From Bigelowiella natans CCMP2755 (taxonomy: Eukaryota; Protista; Cercozoa): 64,000 nucleotides of DNA. Below the pieces are notes generated by a model, which saw only the letters and a program-made list of their open reading frames with translations, was not told the DNA's origin and made no database searches. A program made the translations under genes and the position numbers. Shown here one piece after another: positions 37,482 through 50,859 of this stretch. How positions within the stretch are numbered: position 1 is the first letter of the stretch; each line of letters opens with the position of its first letter. The stretch lies in the NCBI GenBank assembly GCA_000320545.1, contig ADNK01001076.1, positions 1-64,000 of the forward strand, read 5' to 3'.

Positions 37482-38660
37482 ATATATATGCGGACGAAAT
37501 AGGTTGGGATAGAGGAAACGGAGGTGGCGAATCCAGATGAGGGGAGAGCATGCGGATCGGTGGAATGGTAACTACTCACCTATGAGGTGTAATCATGTTC
37601 TTGAATCGATTTCTATTCTTCTTACTTCAGCGCGCCCAGTGCTTCTATATTGTTCCAAGGTCTAATATCAATACAAACAAGAAAAATCACACAAACACAC
37701 CTACATGTGTTCATTTGCGTTTGTGCGTGCGAGGTCATGAGAAGCAATATGTTCGCAGGTAGAGGAGCCGATGCTCTGAATGTCAAGTTGACCAGGTGCG
37801 AAGAAAGCCGAGAGATATTTGCAACTTGTAGAGTGCGGAAGGAGCATAAAATGTGCATTTTGGAAAAGGGTATTCAAAGTCATTAATGTTTTTTATCAAC
37901 ACCCAGCCGTCTCCAGCAGCTTCTAGATTCAGCAATCGATAAGGAGGCACTATGCATTGTACTCTAATTTCTAACCATTGCCACTAAGAAAACGAGTAAA
38001 TAATCCCTAATCTTAGTCTCGCTCCATGCTTTATTCCTCAATATATTTCTGCCTCCTCCTCCTCAATTTCTTCTTAATTTTTATCTTAGGTTCCTCGCAA
38101 ACAATGCTGGGTTGTCAATGTAGATGCCGTGGTAGGTTTCATCTGCGAGTTCTTTCTCTTTCACGTGGTCTTGATGTTCATGGTAGAAAGTACTAGTCGC
38201 TCTCTACTCCTTATCTCCTGTTCTCTCGGTCACTACTAATCCGATTTGGATCTTTCCCCTGTCTTGTTTGTCAATTATCCCTGCAAGGTGCTGGATTCGT
38301 CTGGCAACTTAGAAGACGCTATATCAATGGCAACGTTTGCTGCATTGCACACAACAACGTACGGACTTACTTACTGAAAGCAAACCTATACATCGTCATC
38401 CTCACTACATGTCCTTTCGTCTCTCTCCCCTTCTCTGATGCCGATCATCATTTCTCACTATCGTCGTTCTTCATGGTTAAGTTGGTCTCTTTCCATGCAG
38501 CATTCCTGCGGTCAAAGTCGTCACGGGAGAAGAATCAAACGAAACTATAATTGAGGTTGTACTCACAAGAAATTCTTTTGAACGAGTGCGGCATCGTTTC
38601 GTCGGAAGGAACCGTCGTACTTCCTCCGCATCTTCTCTCATGTGTTGCGTGTATTCATGA

Positions 38661-38696
<36 letters not shown>

Positions 38697-38846
38697 GGGG
38701 GGGGGGTTGGCATTGATCTCCAGTCATTTTTTGTCCAATGTTGTGATATGGTGTTCTCTGTAGTCATCTGATTCAATTATTGATAGGTTTCCGACGATCC
38801 TTATGAGACCACAGTAAGATGTTATTCGTAGATGATTTTGAGCATT

Positions 38847-38887
<41 letters not shown>

Positions 38888-39863
38888 ACGTGCATGTGCA
38901 TGTAGGTATGATGTGTGCGATGTCCTCGATGGAATATAGCATCACTACCTACACAAGGAGCATAGATTGCATTTTGACCTGTTGTTGCCGAGTATTTGTT
39001 CATTGTAGTATATGCCATTATTCGTTTCAGGACTTAAAGCTGAACGAACCCCCGCTTACAGTCTCCTTGACCAAGGTATAAGGATGTTAAGTACTTGGAG
39101 GGGGGGTCATGGAGGGATTGCATGTATGCTAAGTTGTTGTAAAAATAGGTGGGGACGCACTTCATCGTCGATGCTACAGGAGAGGAGGAGTCTTGCATGT
39201 CTGCAAAGGTGGGTGCTAGTAATCATACAACGAGCCGATAATCGAAATAACTCTCTCTCTCCCCTCTTTCACTAGGTTACGTTCGCCGTGGATGCTGGAG
39301 GAAAGTTGTGTGCAATGAGCAAGACCGGAATTGGTCCTTTCTTCTGATAGAATTCGTACACTTCGATTCCCTAAGTCACCACCCATGATGAACATTCATT
39401 GAATTACCATTCTCTGCATCATCTCTGATATGTATTTTGACCTATGGTATAACATATGATATCTAGGCGGTATTAGCAAGAAATTGTTGACAAGCATGAT
39501 GGCAACAGCGTCTGGTGAGTAGACTTTATGCATCAACCAAAAACGATGAAAGAGCGAGATTAGAAACTTCTATATTTTTTTTTGCTTCGCCAATCGGCTC
39601 GAAAGCTATAAGAAGACAAAATCCTTTGTACATTTTGAGTGGTAGAAGTAGTGGCTCAAGTAGAATAAAGAGGTGGTGATGGTAGTAGTGATCATAGGCG
39701 ACGATACTTGACAAATGATTGCATCTATGATTAAGAATCACTGCCAAAATATCAACCATGTTCGCTTTTACCCCGACTCTTAGAAACAGGAAAAAAGCTC
39801 ATAGAGAAAATAAGGTCAACAATAAGAGAAGGTGAAAAGGAAGAAAGGAAAAATGATCGTTAA
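36725..39863 (+). CDS. RRP42: Exosome complex RNase PH-like subunit RRP42 (EXOSC7)
   Basis: MLLSDSERK|FISAGIAQDIRTDGRRRMDYR..CAPSASILFQG|RGADAL..IDKEALCI|VPRKQCWVVNVDAV|VLDSSGNLEDAISMA..|IPAV..|VSDDPY..PLTVSLTK|VGTHFIVDATGEEESC. Confidence 0.9.
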
Positions 39864-40039
39864 AAATGCTGAAGAGATCGGAAAAGATAGAGAAGAGATA
39901 AAGTATCTCCACGGAAATGGCGGCTGCATAGCTGGGCTACGCGGTGAACAAGCAGGCGGGCATGATTTAAATTTAGGGATTCTCGAGACAGAGGATTTGG
40001 GAGTATCCATGTTATATTAGATTCAGGTATCGCTGCTGC

Positions 40040-40640
40040 CATGAATGGTAGTTCACGTGTGCATTATCTGGCCGGACCTTACCTATGCAATCGCACATCA
40101 TGTATCTGCTGGCTTATGAGACGGATGTATTGGCATAATTTTTCAATGATCAGCTATGCAAAGCAGCGGCCACACGGTTAAATTGACTTGTTCGTTTCTG
40201 TTGCGGTGTCTATCATTCATGAAAAAGCGACAGGACGCGCATGTCGCGCTGTACGTACACTATTGCGCATCTCCGTTTTTTCTGGTGACAGTCGCTTGGT
40301 AAGAGACAGTATATATACTAAATATATAAACGCGTCGCTTAACATCGTGGTCTCTGCTGGCTTATCAAATTTACATTAGATCAGCACTTTGCTTGCGTAT
40401 TGATCGCACGGACATGCTATGCATACAAGCATTGATGCAAGCTGCTACTGGCTAGCTGGGAGCCTGGCACGTATAACTTACACGTATTGCACTGCATGCT
40501 ATTTAAGTTATTGAATGCTGCATGTGCCATGCTTGCTCATACAGCGCCGTGTAGATATGTGACATATCTAGAAGTCATCTATGTAACATTTCAACTAATT
40601 TCAATTTCACTAAAGCCAGACCTTGGATGTTCATAATACG
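40040..40640. other. Convergent intergenic tract
   Basis: CATG/TGCA/GCGC-rich DNA between the RRP42 and UBE2T stops; contains motif copy 6. Confidence 0.6.
40116..40155 (+). repeat. Bipartite motif copy 6 (short spacer)
   Basis: ATGAGACGGATGTATTGGCATAATTTTTCAATGATCAGCT. Confidence 0.75.
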
Positions 40641-40642
40641 GG

Positions 40643-41638
40643 TTAAGAGTCTTTTTGTTTTTTTTTCCTTGAAGCTAAGCTGAACCTATTGTTTCTTTTT
40701 TTCCCAGCGTGAGATTCTTTCCCATTTTCGTGGTTATTCAACGATGTTGTGTCTTCATTACTTTCTTGACTTTTTCCACCGGGTGCTGATGAAGACTTGG
40801 ATTTATCGGAAGAAGAAATTTCGTTGCTTATCCTTTTGTTAACCTTGACATCCCCATCATCATCCTTACTATCAGTGCTACTATTTTTATTCTCAGCAAT
40901 CACCTCCTTATTTGACATATCGGATCCCTCCCCATCCCCCCCTCCGGTGCTTCCCTCACCAGTTCCGCCTGTCTCCGAAGTTGTTCCTACTACCAGAGAC
41001 GGAGCCGTACCACAAGCGTGCTTTGCGGTCCATTGTTTTGCTACTCGCTCAAACTCCGCTCGATCATTCGTGTACTGTTCAGTGATGTCGGCCATAAGCC
41101 CGTCGTTAGCGTTCGGAGTTGCCATCAAAAGCCGGACAGTCGCCAACAGAGTACAGAAATTAATCGATGGCGACCAGCTACCTTTCGGCGGCATTTTGAG
41201 GGTGTCGAGGCATATTCTTCCCCCTGAGTCGATGTTTGGGTGGTAGATTGGAGTGACGAATTTTAGCTTTGGCGGCTCGAATGGATATCGATCTGGAACC
41301 TCAAGTCTCAGCTTGAACGTTCCTTTTGCATAGGGGCTATCTTCTGGTCCGGTAATCTGCGCTTCGAACATGTCGAGCCTATCTTCCATCGGCCACGCAC
41401 AAACTCCGTGGGGAGGGTCTCGATCCAGCAGCATAATTTCTCTCTTCTACGGGTAGAAAATGGCAGGTGAGAGCCTTCCTTCAAGGATAGATTCGAACTT
41501 TTCAAGCATCACAGTTAGGGAAAGGATAAGAAAGAAGTAAATAATACTCAAAGACTCTCATTCATGTTTTTATCTCTTCGACTACAATGCTCTCGGAGGA
41601 AAACAGCTTCCCGCCATTGCTACCATTCGGCCCTTCAT
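40643..41638 (-). CDS. UBE2T: Ubiquitin-conjugating enzyme E2, UBE2T/UBC37-like
   Basis: MKGRM|KREIMLLDRDPPHGVCAW..YPFEPPKLKFVTPIYHPNIDSGGRICLDTLKMPPKGSWSPSIN..PNANDGLMADI, with a long tail ending in a basic NLS. An upstream in-frame ATG at 41695 is possible. Confidence 0.9.
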
Positions 41639-41732
41639 CGCGAAAGGAAGTTTGGTAAGTCGATTGAACAAGTCAACTTTACTAACCAGAAACATCGAAC
41701 ATTAATCTAATGATTAACAACACAGGCCGTAT

Positions 41733-42684
41733 TTAGTAGGGACATTCGAATATACTTTGGGAAGTAGTGTATGCGGAAAATATCCTAATATTCTTATCGA
41801 GATACATACACGATGTCGACTTTTTAATATATTTTATAGGATATATATTGGATATATTATTATCAGGAATATCCAACGAAACAACGGCTGCAACAAAATC
41901 AAACTTATTAATAGGAACGAGCAATTTAGCGCCCACCCCGATGGCCAAGGTTCATTCATCAGTACACCTAGTTTTAGATCCTCTAAGGATGTTTTTGAAT
42001 GACACAATGTATCTGGGAGGGTGGTAATAGAGGAATAGTAAGGACTTGCGATGGTTTTTCATCTTTGGAATATCAATGCGTGAGCAGGTGGGAGGAGCTG
42101 GAGAGAAGAGTAATCAGGAATTGCAGGTGTTGTTTATGTTTGCGCGTTACACTCTAATATGCAAAATGAAAAAACAGATGGCATGCGAGGGGGGGGGAAT
42201 AAAACTGATTGTACAAAAGAAGAAAAAGGAGTAAGAGGAGAATAGACGGAGGGCACGAATGGGCGGCTGTAATGCTCTCATATTCAGGACAAATTGGAAA
42301 AGATTCTCGAAGAATTTCATTGTTCGAAATTCCGTCCTACCTATGTTCGCGTCGGGGAAAACGAATATCTTCCTATCTCAGAGGTCTAAACTGCTTCCTA
42401 CCGGAGGAAGAAAAGCACTGAGCTAAAGGATTTCTCTTTTGAACGTGTGTGTGTGTGTGTGTGTGTTTGACCTTAGGCGGAGATAAAGAAATGTCCCCTG
42501 TGTCAGGAGCAGTATGGGTAGTAGCTCAACCAATATACCACCAAGATGAGCATCTTTCTTGCTCAATCACCACCACGACGATTGCTACGGCAAAATATGA
42601 TGAGTGATGTTGTCTTGTTCTCAGGCCGTCCTATTATCATTGCCCCTATGAACACGTCACTTTTGACATATCCTGCACCAGAGT

Positions 42685-42721
<37 letters not shown>

Positions 42722-43690
42722 CCAAACACAAAGACTGATGATGAGAGAAATGGGAGGAGGATATGAAGTGGTGTCATAATTGTTGTGTCGTCAGTCGGTT
42801 TTCATTGATAGTTCCCTCCACCTCAGGAAATCAAGTCGCACCATGAAAAAGTACGCAGGAAGGTATTCCATACGCATTTACATCGTCCCACATTGAATCC
42901 TTGAGTAGCTAGCTGTAGTAGCAAAAGCAATCATAATGTCCCTTATCAATCACTTGCCCTGTCTACCGAATATAGGGAAACAGGGACGAGCATAATCAAA
43001 GGCTTAGCGCCCAGTCAAATGGCATTAAATTAGGTTGCTGCAACCCTCCTAACATTCCACTTCTCCTTAGCTACGGATTCCATTCGGCGTAACATTTCAC
43101 CCTCCCCGCCCACCCCCCCCCCTCTCTCTCCTAAAATTTCGTAGGCAAAAGCATTCTAATAGAGATAGAGCAAGGTATGGTATCTTGTCTCAAGATATGG
43201 AAGGGAAGCTGTTGTATCCCCTCGTCTCTCAATTGTGTCGTCGTTTCCCCCCCTCTCTTGTTCGATATTTGCGTGTTTTGGTCCCTTCTTTTTCGCTGAT
43301 ATGCATAATCCGGCGCTTGGTGTCGTCTCCATTCGTCATCATCGTCACCCATCAATGCCATCATCACGTTGTTAGCCATTCCAAAAGAAGCTTTTTCTCC
43401 TGAAAGTGAGATCGATAGAAACGCCTGGTTGATGGTCCTCAAGGTGATGATGGTGGAAAAGGGGGAAGGGAGGGGAGGGGAGGGAGTTATGGGCAAGTTT
43501 AAGAAGATATACAACCGGTAGATCTCTTACACAAAACGTGATGATGATTTTGTACACAAAACAGCTTGGCGATAAGGATGGATTGATCAACTGCCTGGTT
43601 GCTGCAGATGAATAACATCGTGATGATGGATGATGGATGATGGATGATGGATGATGATGACGATACTCACACGTGTATATACACGCACGC

Positions 43691-43733
<43 letters not shown>

Positions 43734-44098
43734 CCACATACACATACACATACACATACACACAGTTGGAAGTCGAGACAAGAATAAAACGAGATTGGTA
43801 ATTCGCCACCTTCCCTCCTTCTCCTGGAACCCCCTCCCCGCCTTGCTGCTTTATCTTCCTCCTCCTCCTCCCATGGCTTGTTCGTGACGGGCAAGGGATA
43901 TAACCGTCGGTGACTGACGATGATGAGAAATGAGAATGAACCATGTTGTTGTTGTTGTTGTTGTTGTTATTGTTCAGGTTGGACAGTAGTAGATTTAACT
44001 TTGAGGCATGGAGAAAGGTTGTCAAGAGGGAGTTTACAGCACCAGTCAAAGGCGAGAAGGAAAAGGAGGAGGAGGAGAATCAATCGGTCGGTCATGCA

Positions 44099-44142
<44 letters not shown>

Positions 44143-45122
44143 GAATAAGCTGCAGCACTAGCAAAAAGTGATAAATGATTTGAACACATCACCTACTGAC
44201 AATTACGTTGGTGATTATCATCAACACCATTATATTTGTATTCATCACTACTATATGTGTGTATATATATACACACATATATACATATATATGTATTTAT
44301 ATATACATATATATCATTAGATGAGGCGATTGATTCAATACATGAAACGCCTCGATCACGCCATTCTCTTCACAAAAAAGCAGGTAGGGTATTAATAATA
44401 GCAGTGGAAGTTAGGTAGTGGCTAGTTAGCAGCAACAGTAAGAGCGATAAATCCGTAATAACCCATCACAATCCATCAACGTCAATCTACCACCACCACA
44501 ATAACAACAACAACAACAACTACTACTACTACTACTACTGCGACTACTGCGACTACCACTTTCACATATCTGTTGGTCATTACAGTACGATGAGCGCAAT
44601 CTGGCTGTCATAAAGGCGAGAGACATGTAAGCTACTACTTCTACATCCTCAGTGCTACGCGTTGCTTGTTTCTACTGATTAGTTCTATACTGCATTGTCA
44701 TAGAAGTAACGCAGGGTAGGTAGGTGTGTGTGCCAAGAGAAATATTTTCCAATTATTGGGTGAGGATCTTTTATATCGGAGAAACCTCAACCGCCGCCCC
44801 CCCCCCCCCTTTCTCTCTTATTACATGTATTTACATTTATTTGCATATAATCTTTGTGCACATTCCACATTCACGTTGTTCTGTTGTCGTTCTATTATGA
44901 AAGCTTGCGGCAGCGAGTAAGCATGGCTAAGTCGTGGGGCTATGTGCCGGGAGACTTATATCTGGACACAAAACTCAGTAATCATGCTTGCAAGTGTTGT
45001 TGTTCTTGCAGCGCACAAAAATGATAGATGATCATACAAAGTCGGCATAGCACATGTCTCGTCTCGATGTTGGCTCTGCCGCACTTCCCATTATCTGAAC
45101 AACAACAACAACAACAACAACT

Positions 45123-45154
<32 letters not shown>

Positions 45155-45352
45155 GCAGACATCGTGTGTCGTGTGCAATATGTTGGTGAAGAGGCGGGTC
45201 TTCTCCACGTTGTCTATGGCCGGCAGGTGTGCATATAATAATAATTGCAATATTATTAATGATGTTAATAATAATACAGCACTATTAACACCACTCATCA
45301 TCCTGCGTAAGTGTTTAGATGCAGTAGTGAGAATACCGTATGCTTGGTACAC
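41733..45352 (-). CDS. Multi-exon hypothetical protein
   Basis: Protein-like segments between microsatellite-rich introns (AHLPAIDNVEKTRLFTNILHTTHDVC; TINQAFLSISLSGEKASFGMANN; VVSLDIPDNNISNIYPIKY..FECPY*). Family not recognised. Confidence 0.35.
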
Positions 45353-45450
45353 TTTCTTTCTTCTTCTTCTTCTTCTTCTTCTTCTTCTTCTTCTCCCAGT
45401 TAAAATACTATAATACAGTATGCAATGATGTTATGCACATGTGCTCCTCC

Positions 45451-46131
45451 ATGTCGTCGTCGTCGTCCTCTGTGGCTGCTGGTATGAAGGTGCGGAAATT
45501 CACGAAGAAGGAAGCTGCGGTCACCTTCCAGCATTTGTCAAAGTACAAACACGGCTATCTTGCTATGGCAGAAGCTCGCCCCATTGACACGACGGCGATG
45601 ATGATTGGTATGCGAACCCCATCCCCCCCCCCCCCTCTCTGTGCGAGCGTGCGCGTGTGTTTATATGATGTATATATCCGTAGTATGTGCAATGGTTGAA
45701 CACACCCACTCGCTTCTACAGATTCTTTGGAAGCCAAAGGAGGAGGAGGAGGAGATGCTCTTGCCCATTCCCCCTCCTTTTCCGGCGCCGCTACTGCTGC
45801 TGCTAGTACTGGTAGTGGTGGGACAAAACGTAAACAGCAGCAGCCTCAGGAAAGACTTTCTACTTCAGGCCACAAGAAGAAAAATTGCAGGTGATAGTAT
45901 CATCATCATCATCCTCATCATCATAATCGTCATCATCGTCACCATTAGCATCATGTGGGTTATTAAGAATCAGCATGTGTGTGTCAAGTGAGGGAGGGGG
46001 GGTGGGGGGGGAGATGGAACAAATGAAAGGGATAGAGGAAGAGAGCGAGAAGATCCAAAGAAACACTTATCATTGCTGACGATGATACATTTATTTATTT
46101 TTTAGTAGAAGGGAGGTGCACTTCATCCACG

Positions 46132-46179
<48 letters not shown>

Positions 46180-46454
46180 AATAAGTAGTAGCAGCAGCAG
46201 GAGTAGTACTAGCGAGCTAAACAGTGATGATAGATAGGAAATTCAGGAAGGTTGATTCTGCACAACTCTTAACCATTTTGTGTCATTGCTTGTTCTTTGC
46301 GTTGTTTCTTCTTCATCCCTCTCCCCCCTTCCCCCTTCCCCATATTCGAATGGCTCCTTGGAACATGGATCGGCCCCTTTTCTTGTCTGTCACCTCCAGC
46401 TACTGCCGGCATGATATCACGACCGCAATTCACATGAAATGCGGTGCTTCTGAA

Positions 46455-46490
<36 letters not shown>

Positions 46491-46672
46491 CATAAATTGT
46501 TTGTAGTTGTAGTAGGAGACATATAACAATGAATAATAATGATAAGAATAGTGATAATATCAGTAATACTAATAGCAAATTAGAATAAGAAGGAAAACAG
46601 GATCATTCTTTTATCTTGGATTTCTTTCTTCTCCCCCTCCCTTTCTGCTTCCACACACACACATACACACAC

Positions 46673-46716
<44 letters not shown>

Positions 46717-47222
46717 TTCTGAAGCTTGCATCATTATCATCATAACTCTGTTGTTGTTGTTGTTGTTGTTATCTGATTAGGCGTATGCACAAACTTTGAG
46801 TTGTGCCTAGACTGTTTTGCATCAGGTGCTGCATGATGAGGATGATGATGATGATGATGAATTTGAGAAAGGAAAACAATCTGGGCAGAGAAAGCATCGA
46901 TGGTGTCTTCTATCATCGTGATAATAGCGCTTTAGTTGTTGTTGTTGTTGTGGGGGGGGACAAAGATAATCGTTTGTTGGTTGGTTGGTTGGTTGGTTGG
47001 TCAATCGATCGATCGATTGGTGGTGTTCTTCAGTTTTCTAATAATTATGATTTTTCTTTACTTGTTGAGAGCATTTTTCTCTCCTCCTCCTCCTCCTCCT
47101 CCTTTTGGCTACACACACAAAAGCCTTCCCATCATGATGATGATCATTATGATGATGATTATATCATTATCATTGTCCAGGATACGAAGTGGATTCACAT
47201 AAGAAAGAGCACAAGTCAGGAT

Positions 47223-47274
<52 letters not shown>

Positions 47275-47656
47275 TAAATCAGAAGAAGAAGAAGAAGAAA
47301 GAGGAGAGAAGGGAGATGGTTGATGATAAGGGCTGACACAAAATAGTGTTTCCTACACACGAATAATACGACAGGCTGGTGTGTGAAATAGAAAAACAAT
47401 CTGTTGTCTCTTCGCCCCTTCACCTCTCCTCGGTTGTGTGCGTTGTGCGTTGCGTGTTGCTCTTGTTCTACAGGTATTATATAAAGGAAAACGTCTGGAC
47501 ACCGATTTATGAACGTAAGTGCGTATGTTTTGGTGTGAAAATATACAATTGATATCATACAGCCATATGATAATAACAATGGTATTGATAAAATATAAAA
47601 AATAACGATAACACTGAATGTTGTTGTTGTTGTTGATAATGATGATGATGATGATG

Positions 47657-47701
<45 letters not shown>

Positions 47702-47895
47702 CGTGTTTGAGAGCGAATCTATGGGTTCTCCTGAAGCGTGTTGTGCTCGATCGATCTATAGTAACTCTTATCATCAATCAATCATAATTATTAACACATC
47801 GCTATCATCAATCATAATATAACACATCGGTAGCACATTGGGGCGCGGACGAGGAGCTGGCCCTCTTGGACGCCATTAGAAAGTAATACATGTTG

Positions 47896-47933
<38 letters not shown>

Positions 47934-48013
47934 TAGATTATTAGCATCATCATCATCAGTAGCAGTTATGAGTAGTTATAATGATATTCCCATCATTATT
48001 CTAAATATTCAAT

Positions 48014-48048
<35 letters not shown>

Positions 48049-48060
48049 ACATGTGTAGTA

Positions 48061-48114
<54 letters not shown>

Positions 48115-49396
48115 TTTATACCACAACAGATATGGATTTGGTAATTGGACTGGTATTGCTTCTCGAGTAACAACGAAGGTCACAATGAGACGCTCATTTG
48201 CCGTCGCACTTGTTGTTGCTTTTGGTGATGGTGATGTTGATGATGAGGATGAGAATGAAAAGAAGTTGCATGCAAAACACGACACACTAACATACCTGCT
48301 TGCTGCTTTACACTCGCAGACGGCGCTCGAGTGCCGGGATCACTACAGCCGCGTTTATCTCCAAGGTAGTGTCGCTCTGGAGGAGGAGGAGGAGGAGGAA
48401 AGGGGAAGATGATGATGATAGTGATGGTGTGATAGTGATTTACTTGCGCTCAATCTGACCTCGGTGATGATGATGATGATGATGATGATGATGGTGATGA
48501 TGATGCAAGGATTAAGTACTGCTTCGTCATGCAACCTTTAGCCACCAATCCCACCCTTATTTTGCCTTCAATTTGGTTGGCGAATTCCTTCTTCTCCCTT
48601 GGCATCACCACCACCACTGCCACCATTATCATCTTCATCATCAGTCACTGTTGTCATTATTATCAATCATCACAGGACCAAGCACTCCTTACCCAGATCC
48701 CGCCTTTGAGTTACTGGGACAACATAGTAAGTCAGGAGGAGGAGATGGGGGGGGGAGGGGGGGTAGTTGCAGGAGTAGTAGTGCTAAGGAGAAGCCAATC
48801 TCTGCGACTATGATCTTATCTAATATGAATACATCATTGACAAATTCCTCGGTACTTGCTCATTATAGGCCGAATCGCTGCTACTTCGGCTACTGGAACC
48901 TCCTCCTCCTCGTCCTTCTCATCGTCATCATCGTCGTTGTCGCCTCCGATGAAGAAGAAAAAGACAACAGCAACAACAGTGACAACAAATGCTCCTACCA
49001 CACCTGTAGCATCTGGAGGAGGCGGAGGGCCTTTATCCTGGGGACTAGTTGGGGGGGGGAGAAACAAATCCAAAAGTGGTACTACTACTACCACTACCAC
49101 TACCACTAATACTTATAATAATAATAATAATAATAATAATGACGACAATGATAACGATATCATCATCGTGTATATTATTGCTATTGATTAATGTGGTTGG
49201 CCGTGCTGCTGTTGATATTGATTCTCCAAGTAGTAAGAATGTCAAACAGCTACATCATCATATCACACCCCCGTCGTTTTGAGCCGACTCCATCATCATC
49301 ATCATCAACAACAACAACACTATCTGTTCATAGGTGCTACTTGCAATTCCAAAGCAGCAGCAGCAGCAGCAGCCAGCAAGTTCCCCCTAGCTCCTC

Positions 49397-49429
<33 letters not shown>

Positions 49430-49435
49430 CAGTAG

Positions 49436-49472
<37 letters not shown>

Positions 49473-49618
49473 AGTTAATTTTGAGGAGGAAGTAGGAGGA
49501 GGATTAGCAAAAATTGCAATTGCAATACGTACGTATATGCAGCATTATCACCCAGGAAAGGAAGGATAATGACCCGATGAGTGTTGTCTGTATAACGCTT
49601 GATGACCGCTGGGTTAAC

Positions 49619-49660
<42 letters not shown>

Positions 49661-50040
49661 ATACTACCCCTCCCCTTTCTCATGGCTGCAGGTTGGTTAC
49701 TTGATCGAGCGCAAAGACTTCGAGGTGGAATGGGATAATAATGCTGAAGATCTTCTCGCTGATATGGAGTTCTCGTCAGTTTTATTAGAGATCTTATTAT
49801 GTGCCATTATCATCATCATCATCATCATCATCATCACCATCTCTCCCCTTGTCTCTCTCCCCCCATCAGACCTGAAGATAAGGAAGAGGACATTAATCTT
49901 AAAGTAATGAGAACAAAAACAATAACCATGAGAGATGGATAAGCACGTGCGCGCTCACGCCCCCCCCCCCCCAACACACACACAGAAAGAGAGTTTTGGG
50001 GAGGGGGGAAGAATAATCCGAAGTGTATTTATAGATATAG

Positions 50041-50113
<73 letters not shown>

Positions 50114-50857
50114 AAGAGGAGAACACGTATATATATATTAATATATATATATATATATATATATATGTATAGGTGCGTGTCTTGGAGATCTACAACTCGA
50201 AGCTAGACGCACGCGAGAAAAGAAAAAAGGTAAATTATAGGGGGTTTGTAAGGGGGGGGGAGAGAGAGATCCTACATGAGTGTCCCCGCTGCAAGGATTA
50301 TTGCCGCTCTCCCACCCTCTGATCCAAACTCTCCTTTCTATCCCCCAGTTTGTGCTAGAGAGGGGGCTTCTGCAAAAACCGGAGTCTAACAACGGAAATA
50401 ACAGATCTAAGGAGGAAAAAGAGATCGAGCAGAACCTTAGGGTATGTATTAACGACAATGATAATGATGATGGCAGTAGCGGCGGCGGCGGTGGTCATGA
50501 GTCGATAATGGTAATGGTTATAATTATGGCGGATGATGCTGTACCCTATGATTGTTTCCAGATATGGGCCCGATTTCACTCCGAAGAGGAGCATAGAAGT
50601 CTAGTGGAGGGACTCATAGGTGTCATTTGTAAGCATGGATGATAAAATTACGTTGTATTGATGCTGATCGTCAAGTGGTAGTACTGTTGTTCTAGTATCA
50701 GTTTCAGCTTAGTCTAATGAGAATAGCGAACAGATTTTCAAGAATTAGGGGGGGATTAGAGGTTCCTATCCCGATGTGAAATACTGACGAATTTTTGGAA
50801 TATGCAGAAGAAAGAATGGTTAGGAAACAGATTGAGCAGCTTCAAGCTCAAGTGTAG
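45451..50857 (+). CDS. ADA2: Transcriptional adapter ADA2 (SAGA subunit; ZZ + SANT + ADA boxes)
   Basis: NCS|YCRHDITTAIHMKC|VCTNFELCLDCFASG (ZZ); WGADEELALLDAIRK|YGFGNWTGIASRV..ECRDHYSRVY (SANT); GYLIERKDFEVEWDNNAEDLLADMEF; VLEIYNSKLDAREKRKK|FVLERGLL; ARFHSEEEHRSLVEGL. Confidence 0.92.
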
Positions 50858-50859
50858 CA

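Noticed and set aside
2564-50642. Numerous ORF-track entries of poly-H/T/C/V/I/Y/R/E
   Set aside because: They are translations of microsatellites or antisense frames of real exons.
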